Virus record (IMG/VR): IMGVR_UViG_3300032116_000125
Location: 10,257-74,256 of that record
DNA: 64,000 nt
Source: a virus
Direction: 5' to 3' (one strand)
Shown here in pieces: positions 55,898 to 64,000 of the stretch; positions within the stretch are counted from its first letter, which is position 1, and each line of letters opens with the position of its first letter. The notes under the pieces are model-generated. The model did not search any database. It worked only from the letters and a program-made list of their open reading frames with translations, and was not told where the DNA came from. Position numbers and translations under genes: made by a program.

Positions 55898-58099
55898 TTA
55901 CCCGAGAAAGTTGAGGAGGAATCCTCGGACGATCTCAGGCAGGTCGTCAAGGTTGGTGATGCTGGCAGTGGCGTGGAACCCCATCTCGGTGAGGTACTCG
56001 CCTCCCAACGAGACTCCCAAGAAGACTCGCCCCTCTCGGTATTGCTGTTCCACTTGGGAGACGACACTGTGGTGCCAGTGACCATCGGTCAGCACTACCA
56101 CGAGGTGGTACTTCTCGCCTTCTCGTTGGGTGTCCAGCACCCGCAGAGCCTCGGTGGGGTTCGTACCACCACCGGCATTGAGTGCCAGTGGCGTGACGAA
56201 CTTGTCCTCTCGGCGGTACAACTCACGAGAGTTAGCATTGAACGTGACCACGGTGCAGGCGATGTCAACTTGGTCGCACGCCGTCTTCACGGCGTACGCC
56301 ACCTGACTCAACTTGGACTCGTGTTCGTGCATTGAACCCGAGATGTCCAGCAGGAGGCTCACGGCGATGTCCAACCCGGTGTTGCCCTCGGATGAGAGCG
56401 TGCGCCGGTAGTTGTGATCGCCTGCGGTGCGGGTGCGATAACGAAACGCATTGACCACACCGGTGCGGTGACCCTCCTCCCACACGGGCTGTGCCGAACT
56501 GACCGCCGAGTCAAAGGACCGTGAGAGTCGTGAAGCGACCTCTTCAGCCTGAGTCAGCGCCTCGCCGGTCACCACGCCACCCTTACCTTGCTCGGGTTCA
56601 AGAAGCGTAGTGCCGTCCTTGTTGAGGTCCACATTGATTGACCTGATGGTTTCTTCAATGTCAGAGTCTTGCGACAACTCGCTGGCGACTTCGTCCAGCG
56701 CCTCCTGAATCGCCTCGTCCACCGAAGTGTCCTTGGTCTGATCACTGGCTCCGTCACCAGCGCCATTGGAGGAGTCATCCTCATCCTCTTCGTCGCCGTT
56801 GGCCTCGTCGTCCGAGGGGGCAGACTCGGCGGAGGAAGCACCACTGCCGGTGTCCTCGTCCTCCTCCTCGTCCTCGTCATCAGAGTTACCGTCAGAGTTA
56901 CCGTCAGACGCTGAGGTGTCCTCGTTCTCGTCCTTGGTCTCTTCCGGCTCGTCCGACTTCTTGGACTTCTTTCCCTCGTCCTTGCCCTCGTCCTTGGAGT
57001 CCTTCTCCGACACGCCGATGGTCACTTGGTCCTGCTCCTGCTCCTGCGTGGAGTCAGCAGACCGTGACGGGTCGTACTTCGGCTTGCCCCAGTTCGGGTG
57101 GGTGTCCATCGTGGGGGCTGTCACGCCGAGGCGGTTTAGCAACCAGTAGAACTTCAGCGTCGCCAGCAGGAGACCCGCCTCGGTGGTTGCCGAGCAGTAC
57201 TCTCGGACGATTCCCTCGGCCTCAGCGACCACGGGTTCCGTGAGTTCAGCGACGGCGAGGCTCCGAATCTTGGAGCGCACCGTGAGGGGCAGGTAGCGAC
57301 GATTGATGACGAGGAAGTACTGGAGTGCTTCTTTCCGTTCATCATGTTGCTGGGTCGGGCCTGTGAACCAATCGGCCTTGATCATGAAGCGCAACACCAG
57401 TTTGGTGAGGTACCGAGCGATGTACGGGGACTCGTGGACGAGCGCCGTCTCCATGCGCTGGTCTTCCAAGATGTTCCACGCACGTTGGATTGCGAAGACC
57501 TCATGGCGTGCGGATGCATGATCCGGGAACCCAGCCTCAGGATGCTCAGCCCACCACTCGTTGGTCGCCTCATCCAGCAGAGTACGGACTGGGGTCGTGA
57601 AGAGGATGTGCCCCAACTCGTGGTACTGGAGCGCCTTGATGTCCGAGATGAGTTCCACCAAGTGGTGGGTGTCGGTGGTGAACACCGGCGTTGCCTCGTC
57701 ATTAAGGTTGCGCCACAGCGGGTACGACACGTTGATCTGCGTCATGTCAGTGCGCCCACTGACACCGACCGCCGTGTACTGAGCGGATGCCCACTGCTGG
57801 GGAGTCCATGCGGGGTCACGGCGACCGACTTCCTTGGGCTCAAGAAAGACGGGGACGGCGATTCCGAACGACGCATTCACCGCACGACAAACGGCGAGCA
57901 GGTTGCGGAGCAAAGCGACCTGCGCCGTGTGCTCCAGCGCCTGCCTGTGAGTGGCTTCCGAGCGACGCACAGCCGAGATTGCGCTGTCAAACTCACGCTC
58001 AGCCTGCTTGCCTGCTTCACGGGACATACGACGACGCTCATTCTGAAGTCGGCGCTTTGCTTCGGGGGAAAGGTTGATCTTGTTCACTTGTACCTCCAA
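55898..58099 (-). CDS. VWA-domain protein with N-terminal HExxH metallopeptidase-like domain (CobT-like)
   Basis: HELGH, NILED.R.E, acidic linker, and MIDAS elements DISGS, GGT and LTDG. Confidence 0.88.
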   Translation of the reverse strand: MEVQVNKINLSPEAKRRLQNERRRMSREAGKQAEREFDSAISAVRRSEATHRQALEHTAQVALLRNLLAVCRAVNASFGIAVPVFLEPKEVGRRDPAWTPQQWASAQYTAVGVSGRTDMTQINVSYPLWRNLNDEATPVFTTDTHHLVELISDIKALQYHELGHILFTTPVRTLLDEATNEWWAEHPEAGFPDHASARHEVFAIQRAWNILEDQRMETALVHESPYIARYLTKLVLRFMIKADWFTGPTQQHDERKEALQYFLVINRRYLPLTVRSKIRSLAVAELTEPVVAEAEGIVREYCSATTEAGLLLATLKFYWLLNRLGVTAPTMDTHPNWGKPKYDPSRSADSTQEQEQDQVTIGVSEKDSKDEGKDEGKKSKKSDEPEETKDENEDTSASDGNSDGNSDDEDEEEDEDTGSGASSAESAPSDDEANGDEEDEDDSSNGAGDGASDQTKDTSVDEAIQEALDEVASELSQDSDIEETIRSINVDLNKDGTTLLEPEQGKGGVVTGEALTQAEEVASRLSRSFDSAVSSAQPVWEEGHRTGVVNAFRYRTRTAGDHNYRRTLSSEGNTGLDIAVSLLLDISGSMHEHESKLSQVAYAVKTACDQVDIACTVVTFNANSRELYRREDKFVTPLALNAGGGTNPTEALRVLDTQREGEKYHLVVVLTDGHWHHSVVSQVEQQYREGRVFLGVSLGGEYLTEMGFHATASITNLDDLPEIVRGFLLNFLG

Positions 58100-58305
58100 G
58101 TTTGGTTGTTCTGAACTATGACGGGGTGCCCACCGTACTCAGTGGGTAGTTGACAGTTTCCGTAACCGTCAAAGAAAGGGTCCCAACCCTCAGGGGACCA
58201 TGTCCCATCGGGGTGGAAAGTGATGTCGCACTCGGACTGCTCGTTGGAGCCTGCACAGGTGTACAGACCGAGCAACACGGCGATCAGTATGACGGCGCTC
58301 TTCAT
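58084..58305 (-). CDS. Small secreted or membrane protein
   Basis: Hydrophobic N-terminus MKSAVILIAVLLGL. Confidence 0.55.
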   Translation of the reverse strand: MKSAVILIAVLLGLYTCAGSNEQSECDITFHPDGTWSPEGWDPFFDGYGNCQLPTEYGGHPVIVQNNQTWRYK

Positions 58306-58427
58306 CGGTTGTTTGCCTTCCATTCGCAGTACGCATCGTGGTTGTCTTCGTCGTTGGGGTCCAACCCATTCTCCTGACACCATTCGGCGTAGGTGGGGTT
58401 GGGCTTCATGATCTTGATGCTCGCCAT
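58302..58427 (-). CDS. 41-aa hypothetical protein
   Basis: GAGGAG RBS; coupled. Confidence 0.5.
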   Translation of the reverse strand: MASIKIMKPNPTYAEWCQENGLDPNDEDNHDAYCEWKANNR

Positions 58428-58428
58428 T

Positions 58429-58668
58429 TCAGTACTCCTCTTCGTCGTCGTCGTCGCTGGTGTCGGGGGCACAGCAGGTGAAGCAGATTCGTACGGCATC
58501 CTTGCCGTCAGACATGGACACCCAAATGATGGACTCGTCGTCGTTGGTCGGGGACCCGCACTGGTGGCAGGTCATGTAGCACTTCTCGCACACTCGGGCA
58601 TCACCGAGGTACAGGCCGTCGCCGTTGGGGACTTCTTGGTTGCAGTGGTCGCATTGGTATTCGGACAT
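58429..58668 (-). CDS. Multi-CxxC zinc-finger protein
   Basis: CDHC, CEKC, CHQC and CFTC; AAGGAG RBS. Confidence 0.65.
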   Translation of the reverse strand: MSEYQCDHCNQEVPNGDGLYLGDARVCEKCYMTCHQCGSPTNDDESIIWVSMSDGKDAVRICFTCCAPDTSDDDDEEEY

Positions 58669-58696
58669 GGTTGCTCCTTGGTGATTGTGATGGATT

Positions 58697-58723
58697 GGGG
58701 GTGTCCCACGGTGGGACACCCCC
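58697..58723. repeat. TGTCCCA-N3-TGGGACA palindrome, copy 4
   Basis: GGGGGTGTCCCACGGTGGGACACCCCC. Confidence 0.95.
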
Positions 58724-58729
58724 GGGGTG

Positions 58730-59209
58730 TTACTTGCTGGGTGGGTTTCGTCGGACGTACTCACGAACGAGTGCGTCCTTGAGGGCCGAGTCAAACTCTC
58801 CCCACAGGTGGTCATCGTTGGCGATGGTGCGACTGATCTGCTCCAGCGCCTCGTCGGAGGCTTCTTCGGCCAGCCACTTCCACCAGTCGTACTGCTCCTT
58901 GGGCAGGCCCCAGTCGTCAGCGACGAACGGGTTGTCGCCCTCGTCTTCGGTGTAGTGCGCCCACCCGAGTCGCTCCCGTGCTTCGTAGCGGAGAGCCTCG
59001 GGGGAGAACACGATGGTGTTGTGCACCGACGAGTCAAACGGGAGACCGACGATGATGGGCGTGCCGTTCTCGTCAGCGAAGTCAAGCGCCTGCGGTTCGT
59101 CAAAGTAGTCGTCGGTTGACGAGAAGATTTCGTCGGGGATGTCTACGATGACGCACTCCGAGACGGCGATGATCGTGCCGGTGCCTTGGTGAACGATGTA
59201 CTGGGTCAT
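58730..59209 (-). CDS. Acidic hypothetical protein
   Basis: AAGGAG RBS. Confidence 0.65.
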   Translation of the reverse strand: MTQYIVHQGTGTIIAVSECVIVDIPDEIFSSTDDYFDEPQALDFADENGTPIIVGLPFDSSVHNTIVFSPEALRYEARERLGWAHYTEDEGDNPFVADDWGLPKEQYDWWKWLAEEASDEALEQISRTIANDDHLWGEFDSALKDALVREYVRRNPPSK

Positions 59210-59445
59210 GCTTGCTCCTTGATGATGAGGGTGTCCAACGGGTAAACGCTGTCCACCGATTGATCTGTGATGAGAGCGCCGTGGGCGCTCAGGCTCCGAA
59301 CGTCATGCGGGTCGGCGCTGACCGACACGGCGGGTGCGTAGTCCTCCAGCCACTCAGCGACATCTCGTTCGTTGGTGTCGCTGGGCACGCTGACGTTGAC
59401 CGTGACGACGAGGTCGTAGGTCTTGGTTAGTTGGATTACTTTCAT
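59206..59445 (-). CDS. Hypothetical protein
   Basis: GAGG RBS; coupled. Confidence 0.6.
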   Translation of the reverse strand: MKVIQLTKTYDLVVTVNVSVPSDTNERDVAEWLEDYAPAVSVSADPHDVRSLSAHGALITDQSVDSVYPLDTLIIKEQA

Positions 59446-59457
59446 GTTTGTTCCTCC

Positions 59458-59742
59458 TCAGAAACTCTTGCCCGTGAGGTACAGGGCGAGATTGATGATG
59501 CGGGTGGCTACTGAGCCGGGGGACTCATAATCCAGCAGTTCGTCCACTTGGATGTCGTACGGGAGTTCTTCAACGCTGTTGCCGACCTCGTGAGCCTCGT
59601 CCAGTGCCATGACGATGTCCTCGTCATGCTGTGACCTGTCCCAGTCCACGAGCCACACCTCCAGTGCGACCCGTAGTGCTTGGGGGCTGTACGGCTGTTT
59701 CTCAGCGATGGCTTGCTCGGCGTACTTGTTGATGATGCTCAT
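59458..59742 (-). CDS. Hypothetical protein
   Basis: GAGG RBS before ATG 59742. Confidence 0.6.
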   Translation of the reverse strand: MSIINKYAEQAIAEKQPYSPQALRVALEVWLVDWDRSQHDEDIVMALDEAHEVGNSVEELPYDIQVDELLDYESPGSVATRIINLALYLTGKSF

Positions 59743-59753
59743 GTTGGTTCCTC

Positions 59754-60155
59754 TCACTTGTTCTCGTAGTAGCACTCTTCACAGCGGGGGTCGCTGTAGT
59801 TGGGGTCGCCAAGGATGTCCTGCCTCTCGTATTCGTTGAGGCAGTCCACGCAGATGATGTACCCATCCTCGGTCGGGTTCCACGGGTTGTCGTCCGTGAT
59901 GGTGAACGCCCCCAAGTGGAGGGCATCCACGATCTCGTAGACATCGGCAACCGATGAGCCTCGGAAGGTCACTCCCTCGGGGAGGATCACCTCGGCATCA
60001 GTGTCGCCACCCCTGATCGCCGTGATCGCTTCCACGGCGACGGGCACCATGATCTCGGGGACGGGCGGGTAGCAGTTGCTGGTGAGGTGCCAGCGCACCT
60101 GCTGTTCCAGCGGTAGGTCAGAGTTGGCAATGCCAAGAGCGGTTTGGAATCCCAT
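59754..60155 (-). CDS. Hypothetical protein (WHL..N.YPPVP) with C-terminal CxxC pair
   Basis: AAGGAG RBS after an AACC leader. Confidence 0.7.
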   Translation of the reverse strand: MGFQTALGIANSDLPLEQQVRWHLTSNCYPPVPEIMVPVAVEAITAIRGGDTDAEVILPEGVTFRGSSVADVYEIVDALHLGAFTITDDNPWNPTEDGYIICVDCLNEYERQDILGDPNYSDPRCEECYYENK

Positions 60156-60203
60156 GATTGTTTCTCCTTGTTGGTTGGTTTGGTTGGTTTGATGGTTGTC
60201 CTG

Positions 60204-60224
60204 ACTGTCCCACCGTGGGACAGT
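60204..60224. repeat. TGTCCCA-N3-TGGGACA palindrome, copy 5
   Basis: ACTGTCCCACCGTGGGACAGT. Confidence 0.9.
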
Positions 60225-60267
60225 GGGGGACGAGCACCCACCACAGATGCTCGCCCCCCGCCTTGGG

Positions 60268-61164
60268 TCAGGAGAGATTGCTGGCGCAGTCGGGCCCGAT
60301 GCCGAGCGCCTTGGACTCCTTGTCCTTGAGCGCACGGGAGCACACCCCACAGATTGTGAAGTGCTTGCCGAACGCCTGCGCCATGGCGACGAGGTCTCCG
60401 TTGACGAGCGTTTCCAACAAAGCAATCGCTTTGCGTGGCGACACATTCTCGGTGGCGTTGAAGTGCTGACCGCCCTTCACCTTGGCGATACCGGAGCGGG
60501 ACACTCGGTAGTACGAGTACCCGTCCAGTTCGTCGGCGTTGGGAACAGCGAGACCCACGCTCAGGTTCTCGTTGTTACCCTTGGACAGTGCCACCGCCAC
60601 CTGCTGGATGAGGTTGTCCAACTGGTCGTCGCTGGCATCGCCAGCAGTGCGGTGGGCGCACACCTCGCACAGCGGGAACCACGCACCACGCCGGTTGTAG
60701 GCGATGTACTGGTCACGCTTGCCACACACCGAACACTTGCTCGGGAAGCGTGACGGGATGACCCGCTCCGCATCGGCGGGGACGGCGGGGTACTTGTCAG
60801 CCCAGTCGGGCTTGGTGGTGATGCCGATGAGCGCCACCTCTTTGCGAGCGCTGTCCACGAGCGTCTTGAGGCGGTCAATGACACCGCTGATCTCGCTCTT
60901 GGTGAACTCGGTGAGGTGGGTCTCCAGCGCCTCTACCACCTGCACGGTGTTGAGGACGAACTCGGTCTCACCGACACGCTTGACGACTGCCTTGTCCAGT
61001 TCGGACAGCGTGTGGGACAGCAGAGCGTCAGCCTTGCGGGTCTGCTCGGGCGTGCCCTGCCAGTTGACGGCGGGGTCTTCGGTGTCCACGACGATCTCGT
61101 TCAACTGCTTCCACAGGGCGAGGGCGAAGTTGACTTGCTTGTCGGTTGCGATGTCGCTGTACAT
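60268..61164 (-). CDS. DUF6011-like Zn-finger protein
   Basis: ATDKQ N-terminus; C-terminal CGVCSRAL.D.ES...GIGPDC. Confidence 0.75.
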   Translation of the reverse strand: MYSDIATDKQVNFALALWKQLNEIVVDTEDPAVNWQGTPEQTRKADALLSHTLSELDKAVVKRVGETEFVLNTVQVVEALETHLTEFTKSEISGVIDRLKTLVDSARKEVALIGITTKPDWADKYPAVPADAERVIPSRFPSKCSVCGKRDQYIAYNRRGAWFPLCEVCAHRTAGDASDDQLDNLIQQVAVALSKGNNENLSVGLAVPNADELDGYSYYRVSRSGIAKVKGGQHFNATENVSPRKAIALLETLVNGDLVAMAQAFGKHFTICGVCSRALKDKESKALGIGPDCASNLS

Positions 61165-61215
61165 GGTGGTCTCCTGATTGGTTTGGTGGTTGGTGGTGGT
61201 TGGTTTAACTGGTGT

Positions 61216-61242
61216 GGGGGTGTCCCATCGTGGGACACCCCC
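61216..61242. repeat. TGTCCCA-N3-TGGGACA palindrome, copy 6
   Basis: GGGGGTGTCCCATCGTGGGACACCCCC. Confidence 0.95.
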
Positions 61243-61248
61243 GAGTGG

Positions 61249-62853
61249 TCAGCGGTACGAGTCCAGCAACTCGTTGGCGACCGACCCACTGACGAGCGCA
61301 TCAGAGCCACCGTCCACGGCGGTACCGATGACGGCCTCCTTGCGCTCCAGCATCCCCCACAGGCGTTCGTCCACGGACGAGTCGCCGTCCATGGCACCGA
61401 GGAGGATGTTGTTGCTCGTCTTGCGGGTCTGCGTGAAGCGGTCAATGCGAGCCTCGGCCTGCTTCAGTGCGCTGGGTGTCCACGGCAGTTCCACCGTGAT
61501 CATGTTGGCGCACGAGGTGAGCGTGAGACCCTCGCTGACGGCGACGACGTTGCCGATGAGGACTCGTGCCCGACCGGACTGGAAAGCGTCAACCGCTTCC
61601 TGCTTCTGACGCTGGGTGTCGTCACCCGTGACCGAGACGATCTCGGAGGGCTTGACACCCTCGCTGATGAGCGTCTCACGGATGCGCCAAGCGACCTCCT
61701 TGTGGGCGGTCACGAGGAACACCTGCTCGTCGTTGTCCAGCAGTTCGCTGGTGCAGGACACGGCGGTCTCAACCTTGGCGAGTCCGGCGATCTGCCGGAG
61801 TTGACCGAGGAGGACGAGCGCCTCAGCGTTGGCGTTGATGCTGTACTCGTCGTCGCCACGCTTCTCTTGGAGGAACTCCTCCAAGTCCCGCACCGCACGC
61901 TTGTAGTCGGTGAGGTGCTTGCCCGTGATGGTGACGGGCGTGAGCCACCGGCTGAAGTCGGGCAGTGTGATGACCTCGGAGCGCTTGCGCCGAATCATCA
62001 CCCAGCGACGCAGGAGTTCGTTCAACTCCCGCAGGTTGCTCGCACCCGTGAAGTCCATGCGCCCACGGAAACCGGGGCGAGGGTCGCAGTAGCGGTGCTT
62101 GAACTTCGCACTGCCACCGAAGCGGGGCAGGTGACCGAGGATGTTGAGGATGGGCACCAACTCCACGGGGCGGTTGGTCAGCGGTGTGCCGGTCAGGCAC
62201 AGCACGACCGCCTCGGGGGTCATGGCCTTGGCGATGGCGGTGACACCCTTGGTGCGGAGCGCATCGGGGGTCTTGCTCCGGTGCGCCTCGTCCTGCACGA
62301 GACCACGCCACGGGTGCTGGGCGAGGATGTTCGTGGGCATGGGGCGCTGTTGCCCACGGGGGAGCAGGCGGTTGGTCTTCTCCCACTTCGCCAGCACATC
62401 CTTGGGGGCGAGCGCCCAGTCACCCACGACCGAGTCGGGGATGATCACGATGTCGGCATCGGGCACCGCCGTGGGGGTCTTGCCACCGATGCGAGCGACC
62501 GTGCGGTTGGGGAGCGCCGTCTTGCACGAGCGCTCCCAGTTGATCACGAGCGCCGGTGGGCAGACGATGAGTGCGGGGTAGGCATCGCACTCGTCCAGCG
62601 CCAGCAAGGCGCTGTAGGTCTTGCCAACGCCCATGTCGTCAGCGATCAGCAGACGAGTGTGCCCAGCCTGCACCGCCTCAGCGATGACCAACTGGTGGGG
62701 CATCGGCTCAATGGAGAGCCGGTGGTGCACGATGCCCTCGGGAGCGATGCGCCCCGAGAACTCAGCGATGCCCGTGACGACACGGGACTTCGCCTCAGCG
62801 ATGATCGCCTCGGCGCTGGTGGCTCCCTTGCGAGCCTTGTCGGCTAGTGCCAT
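61249..62853 (-). CDS. SNF2-family helicase (SMARCAL1/HARP-like)
   Basis: ADDMGVGKT, DEAH, LTGTP, EGLTLT and QAEARIDR motifs. Confidence 0.92.
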   Translation of the reverse strand: MALADKARKGATSAEAIIAEAKSRVVTGIAEFSGRIAPEGIVHHRLSIEPMPHQLVIAEAVQAGHTRLLIADDMGVGKTYSALLALDECDAYPALIVCPPALVINWERSCKTALPNRTVARIGGKTPTAVPDADIVIIPDSVVGDWALAPKDVLAKWEKTNRLLPRGQQRPMPTNILAQHPWRGLVQDEAHRSKTPDALRTKGVTAIAKAMTPEAVVLCLTGTPLTNRPVELVPILNILGHLPRFGGSAKFKHRYCDPRPGFRGRMDFTGASNLRELNELLRRWVMIRRKRSEVITLPDFSRWLTPVTITGKHLTDYKRAVRDLEEFLQEKRGDDEYSINANAEALVLLGQLRQIAGLAKVETAVSCTSELLDNDEQVFLVTAHKEVAWRIRETLISEGVKPSEIVSVTGDDTQRQKQEAVDAFQSGRARVLIGNVVAVSEGLTLTSCANMITVELPWTPSALKQAEARIDRFTQTRKTSNNILLGAMDGDSSVDERLWGMLERKEAVIGTAVDGGSDALVSGSVANELLDSYR

Positions 62854-62897
62854 GGTCTCTCCTTGTGTTGGTTGGTGGTGGTGGTGACGGGTCAGTA

Positions 62898-63080
62898 TTA
62901 AGTGTCGGGTTGGCTTTCGGCGCTGAAGACGTTGATCGCATCAATGGCTGAGTCAATCAACTCAATGAGTTCACGCTCCTCTGAGTCCTCGGATGACCAC
63001 CACCTTCGGTAGTCCCCCAATGCGGTGAGGATGATGTCTCCATGATCCTGAATGATCTGTTGGGCGGTGGGCTTGCTCAT
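62898..63080 (-). CDS. Hypothetical protein
   Basis: AAGGAG RBS before ATG 63080. Confidence 0.6.
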   Translation of the reverse strand: MSKPTAQQIIQDHGDIILTALGDYRRWWSSEDSEERELIELIDSAIDAINVFSAESQPDT

Positions 63081-63120
63081 GCTGGTTCTCCTTGGTGGTG
63101 ACGGTGGGGGTGGACTTGGT

Positions 63121-63149
63121 GAGGGGTGTCCCACGGTGGGACACCCCTC
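63121..63149. repeat. TGTCCCA-N3-TGGGACA palindrome, copy 7
   Basis: GAGGGGTGTCCCACGGTGGGACACCCCTC. Confidence 0.95.
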
Positions 63150-63155
63150 GTTGAG

Positions 63156-63428
63156 TCAGGCTACTGCCTGAGCCTCGGGGTTGACGGGATGGCGCTGGTC
63201 GTAGCGCCACACTCGTGCGCTGTCCCGCCCGATACGGGCGAGCACACGGTTGGTGCCCCAGCGGGTGATTCCACGGTGGTAGTGGGTCTGCCCCCACGGC
63301 GTGGGGGGCAGGTTGCTGTCGGCGCAGACGAGGCGGGTGTACAACCGCCCGTAGTACCGGAAGCGCCCGTGCTTGACGATGGTGACCTTGTAGGTCAGCG
63401 CCCAGTCTTTCTCCAGTTTGGTGGACAT
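63156..63428 (-). CDS. Basic hypothetical protein
   Basis: AAGGAG RBS before ATG 63428. Confidence 0.6.
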   Translation of the reverse strand: MSTKLEKDWALTYKVTIVKHGRFRYYGRLYTRLVCADSNLPPTPWGQTHYHRGITRWGTNRVLARIGRDSARVWRYDQRHPVNPEAQAVA

Positions 63429-63482
63429 GGTTGGTTCTCCTTGTGTTGGTTTGATGGTTGGTTGGTTGGTTGGTTGGTCTGA

Positions 63483-63511
63483 CGGGGGTGTCCCACGATG
63501 GGACACCCCCG
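63483..63511. repeat. TGTCCCA-N3-TGGGACA palindrome, copy 8
   Basis: CGGGGGTGTCCCACGATGGGACACCCCCG. Confidence 0.95.
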
Positions 63512-63516
63512 AAACG

Positions 63517-63999
63517 TCACTCGTGGGTGCTGACATCCTGCGAGGGGTCGGTGACATCCACCTCACTGATCTCGTAGTCCACGATGCCCCACGAACTGGG
63601 CAGGTCGTCGCCGTCCGAGATGCTGATCTCGGGGGCGAAGTCGGTGCGCTCCAGCCGGTTGAGGATGTCAGCCACGACCTCGTCACGCTTGATCGGGCTG
63701 AACTCGGCGCTGACCCGCACGTTGAACGTGACGGTCACCTCGTAGTCCAAGTCTTCCTGCACCCTGCGGGGGTCCTCCAGCAACTCGCTGACGAACAGGG
63801 GGGCGAGGTGATCCCACGCCTCGTCCAAGTCCCCGCCGTCCGAGATGGCATTCACGAACTCCTGAACGGCGACGAGAGCCTCCGAGAGGGCGTTGCGTTG
63901 CTCAATGGCGATGTACTCCGAGCCACGGGTGGCACGGAGCGCACGCTCCAGTTGGTCTCGTGACCATGTTGCGAGGTTGTTCTCGTCGTAGGGGACGGG
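63517..63999 (-). CDS. Acidic hypothetical protein (5' end outside window)
   Basis: Frame is open to the window end. Confidence 0.6.
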   Translation of the reverse strand, partial: PVPYDENNLATWSRDQLERALRATRGSEYIAIEQRNALSEALVAVQEFVNAISDGGDLDEAWDHLAPLFVSELLEDPRRVQEDLDYEVTVTFNVRVSAEFSPIKRDEVVADILNRLERTDFAPEISISDGDDLPSSWGIVDYEISEVDVTDPSQDVSTHE

Positions 64000-64000
64000 G

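Noticed and set aside
56878-56907. 12-bp tandem repeat in the VWA gene
   Set aside because: Encodes SDGN repeats in a low-complexity acidic linker; ordinary slippage.
60916-62847. 643-aa + strand ORF
   Set aside because: Antisense shadow of the SNF2 helicase caused by GC codon bias; no motifs or RBS.
48162-63511. Palindromes as a CRISPR array or integron attC sites
   Set aside because: Spacing is irregular (0.36-4.9 kb) with whole genes between copies. There is no cas operon, no integrase in the window, and no RYYYAAC/GTTRRRY ends.
1-64000. tRNA genes, introns/inteins, integrase, terminase, endolysin
   Set aside because: No cloverleaf or T-loop pattern, splice motif or catalytic signature was recognised. 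Terminase and lysis genes probably lie outside this window.

Overview
This window is part of a tailed dsDNA phage genome with a contractile tail (myovirus), most likely infecting an actinomycete. The host is inferred from two WhiB genes, DUF732-like lipoproteins and an MSMEG_6728-like glycosylase. Layout: (i) 1-24.2 kb, + strand: head, neck, tail and baseplate genes (portal, scaffold, major capsid, sheath, tube, tape measure with muralytic domains, LysM, hub, gp25, baseplate J); (ii) 24.2-25.8 kb, - strand: an operon of Dps plus five small Lys-rich proteins; (iii) 26-39.5 kb, + strand: replication and recombination (wHTH initiator with internal iterons, DnaC-like loader, DnaB, primase, SSB, PolA, RecA, PD-(D/E)XK nucleases); (iv) 39.5-49.7 kb, + strand: accessory genes (SpoVS, many disordered or basic proteins, 2 WhiB, a transglycosylase-like lipoprotein, a glycosyltransferase); (v) 49.7-64 kb, - strand: probable early arm (DenV-like, DUF732-like, ParB-like DGQHR, triple-HTH, MoxR AAA + VWA, DUF6011, SNF2). 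The most striking unexplained signal is eight intergenic copies of the 17-bp palindrome TGTCCCA-N3-TGGGACA. It resembles parS with one extra central base, has co-varying flanks, is usually followed by an (AACC)-rich leader, and one copy lies just downstream of the ParB-like gene. No terminase, endolysin, integrase, tRNA or CRISPR array was seen. All family assignments come from motif recognition by eye, not database searches.
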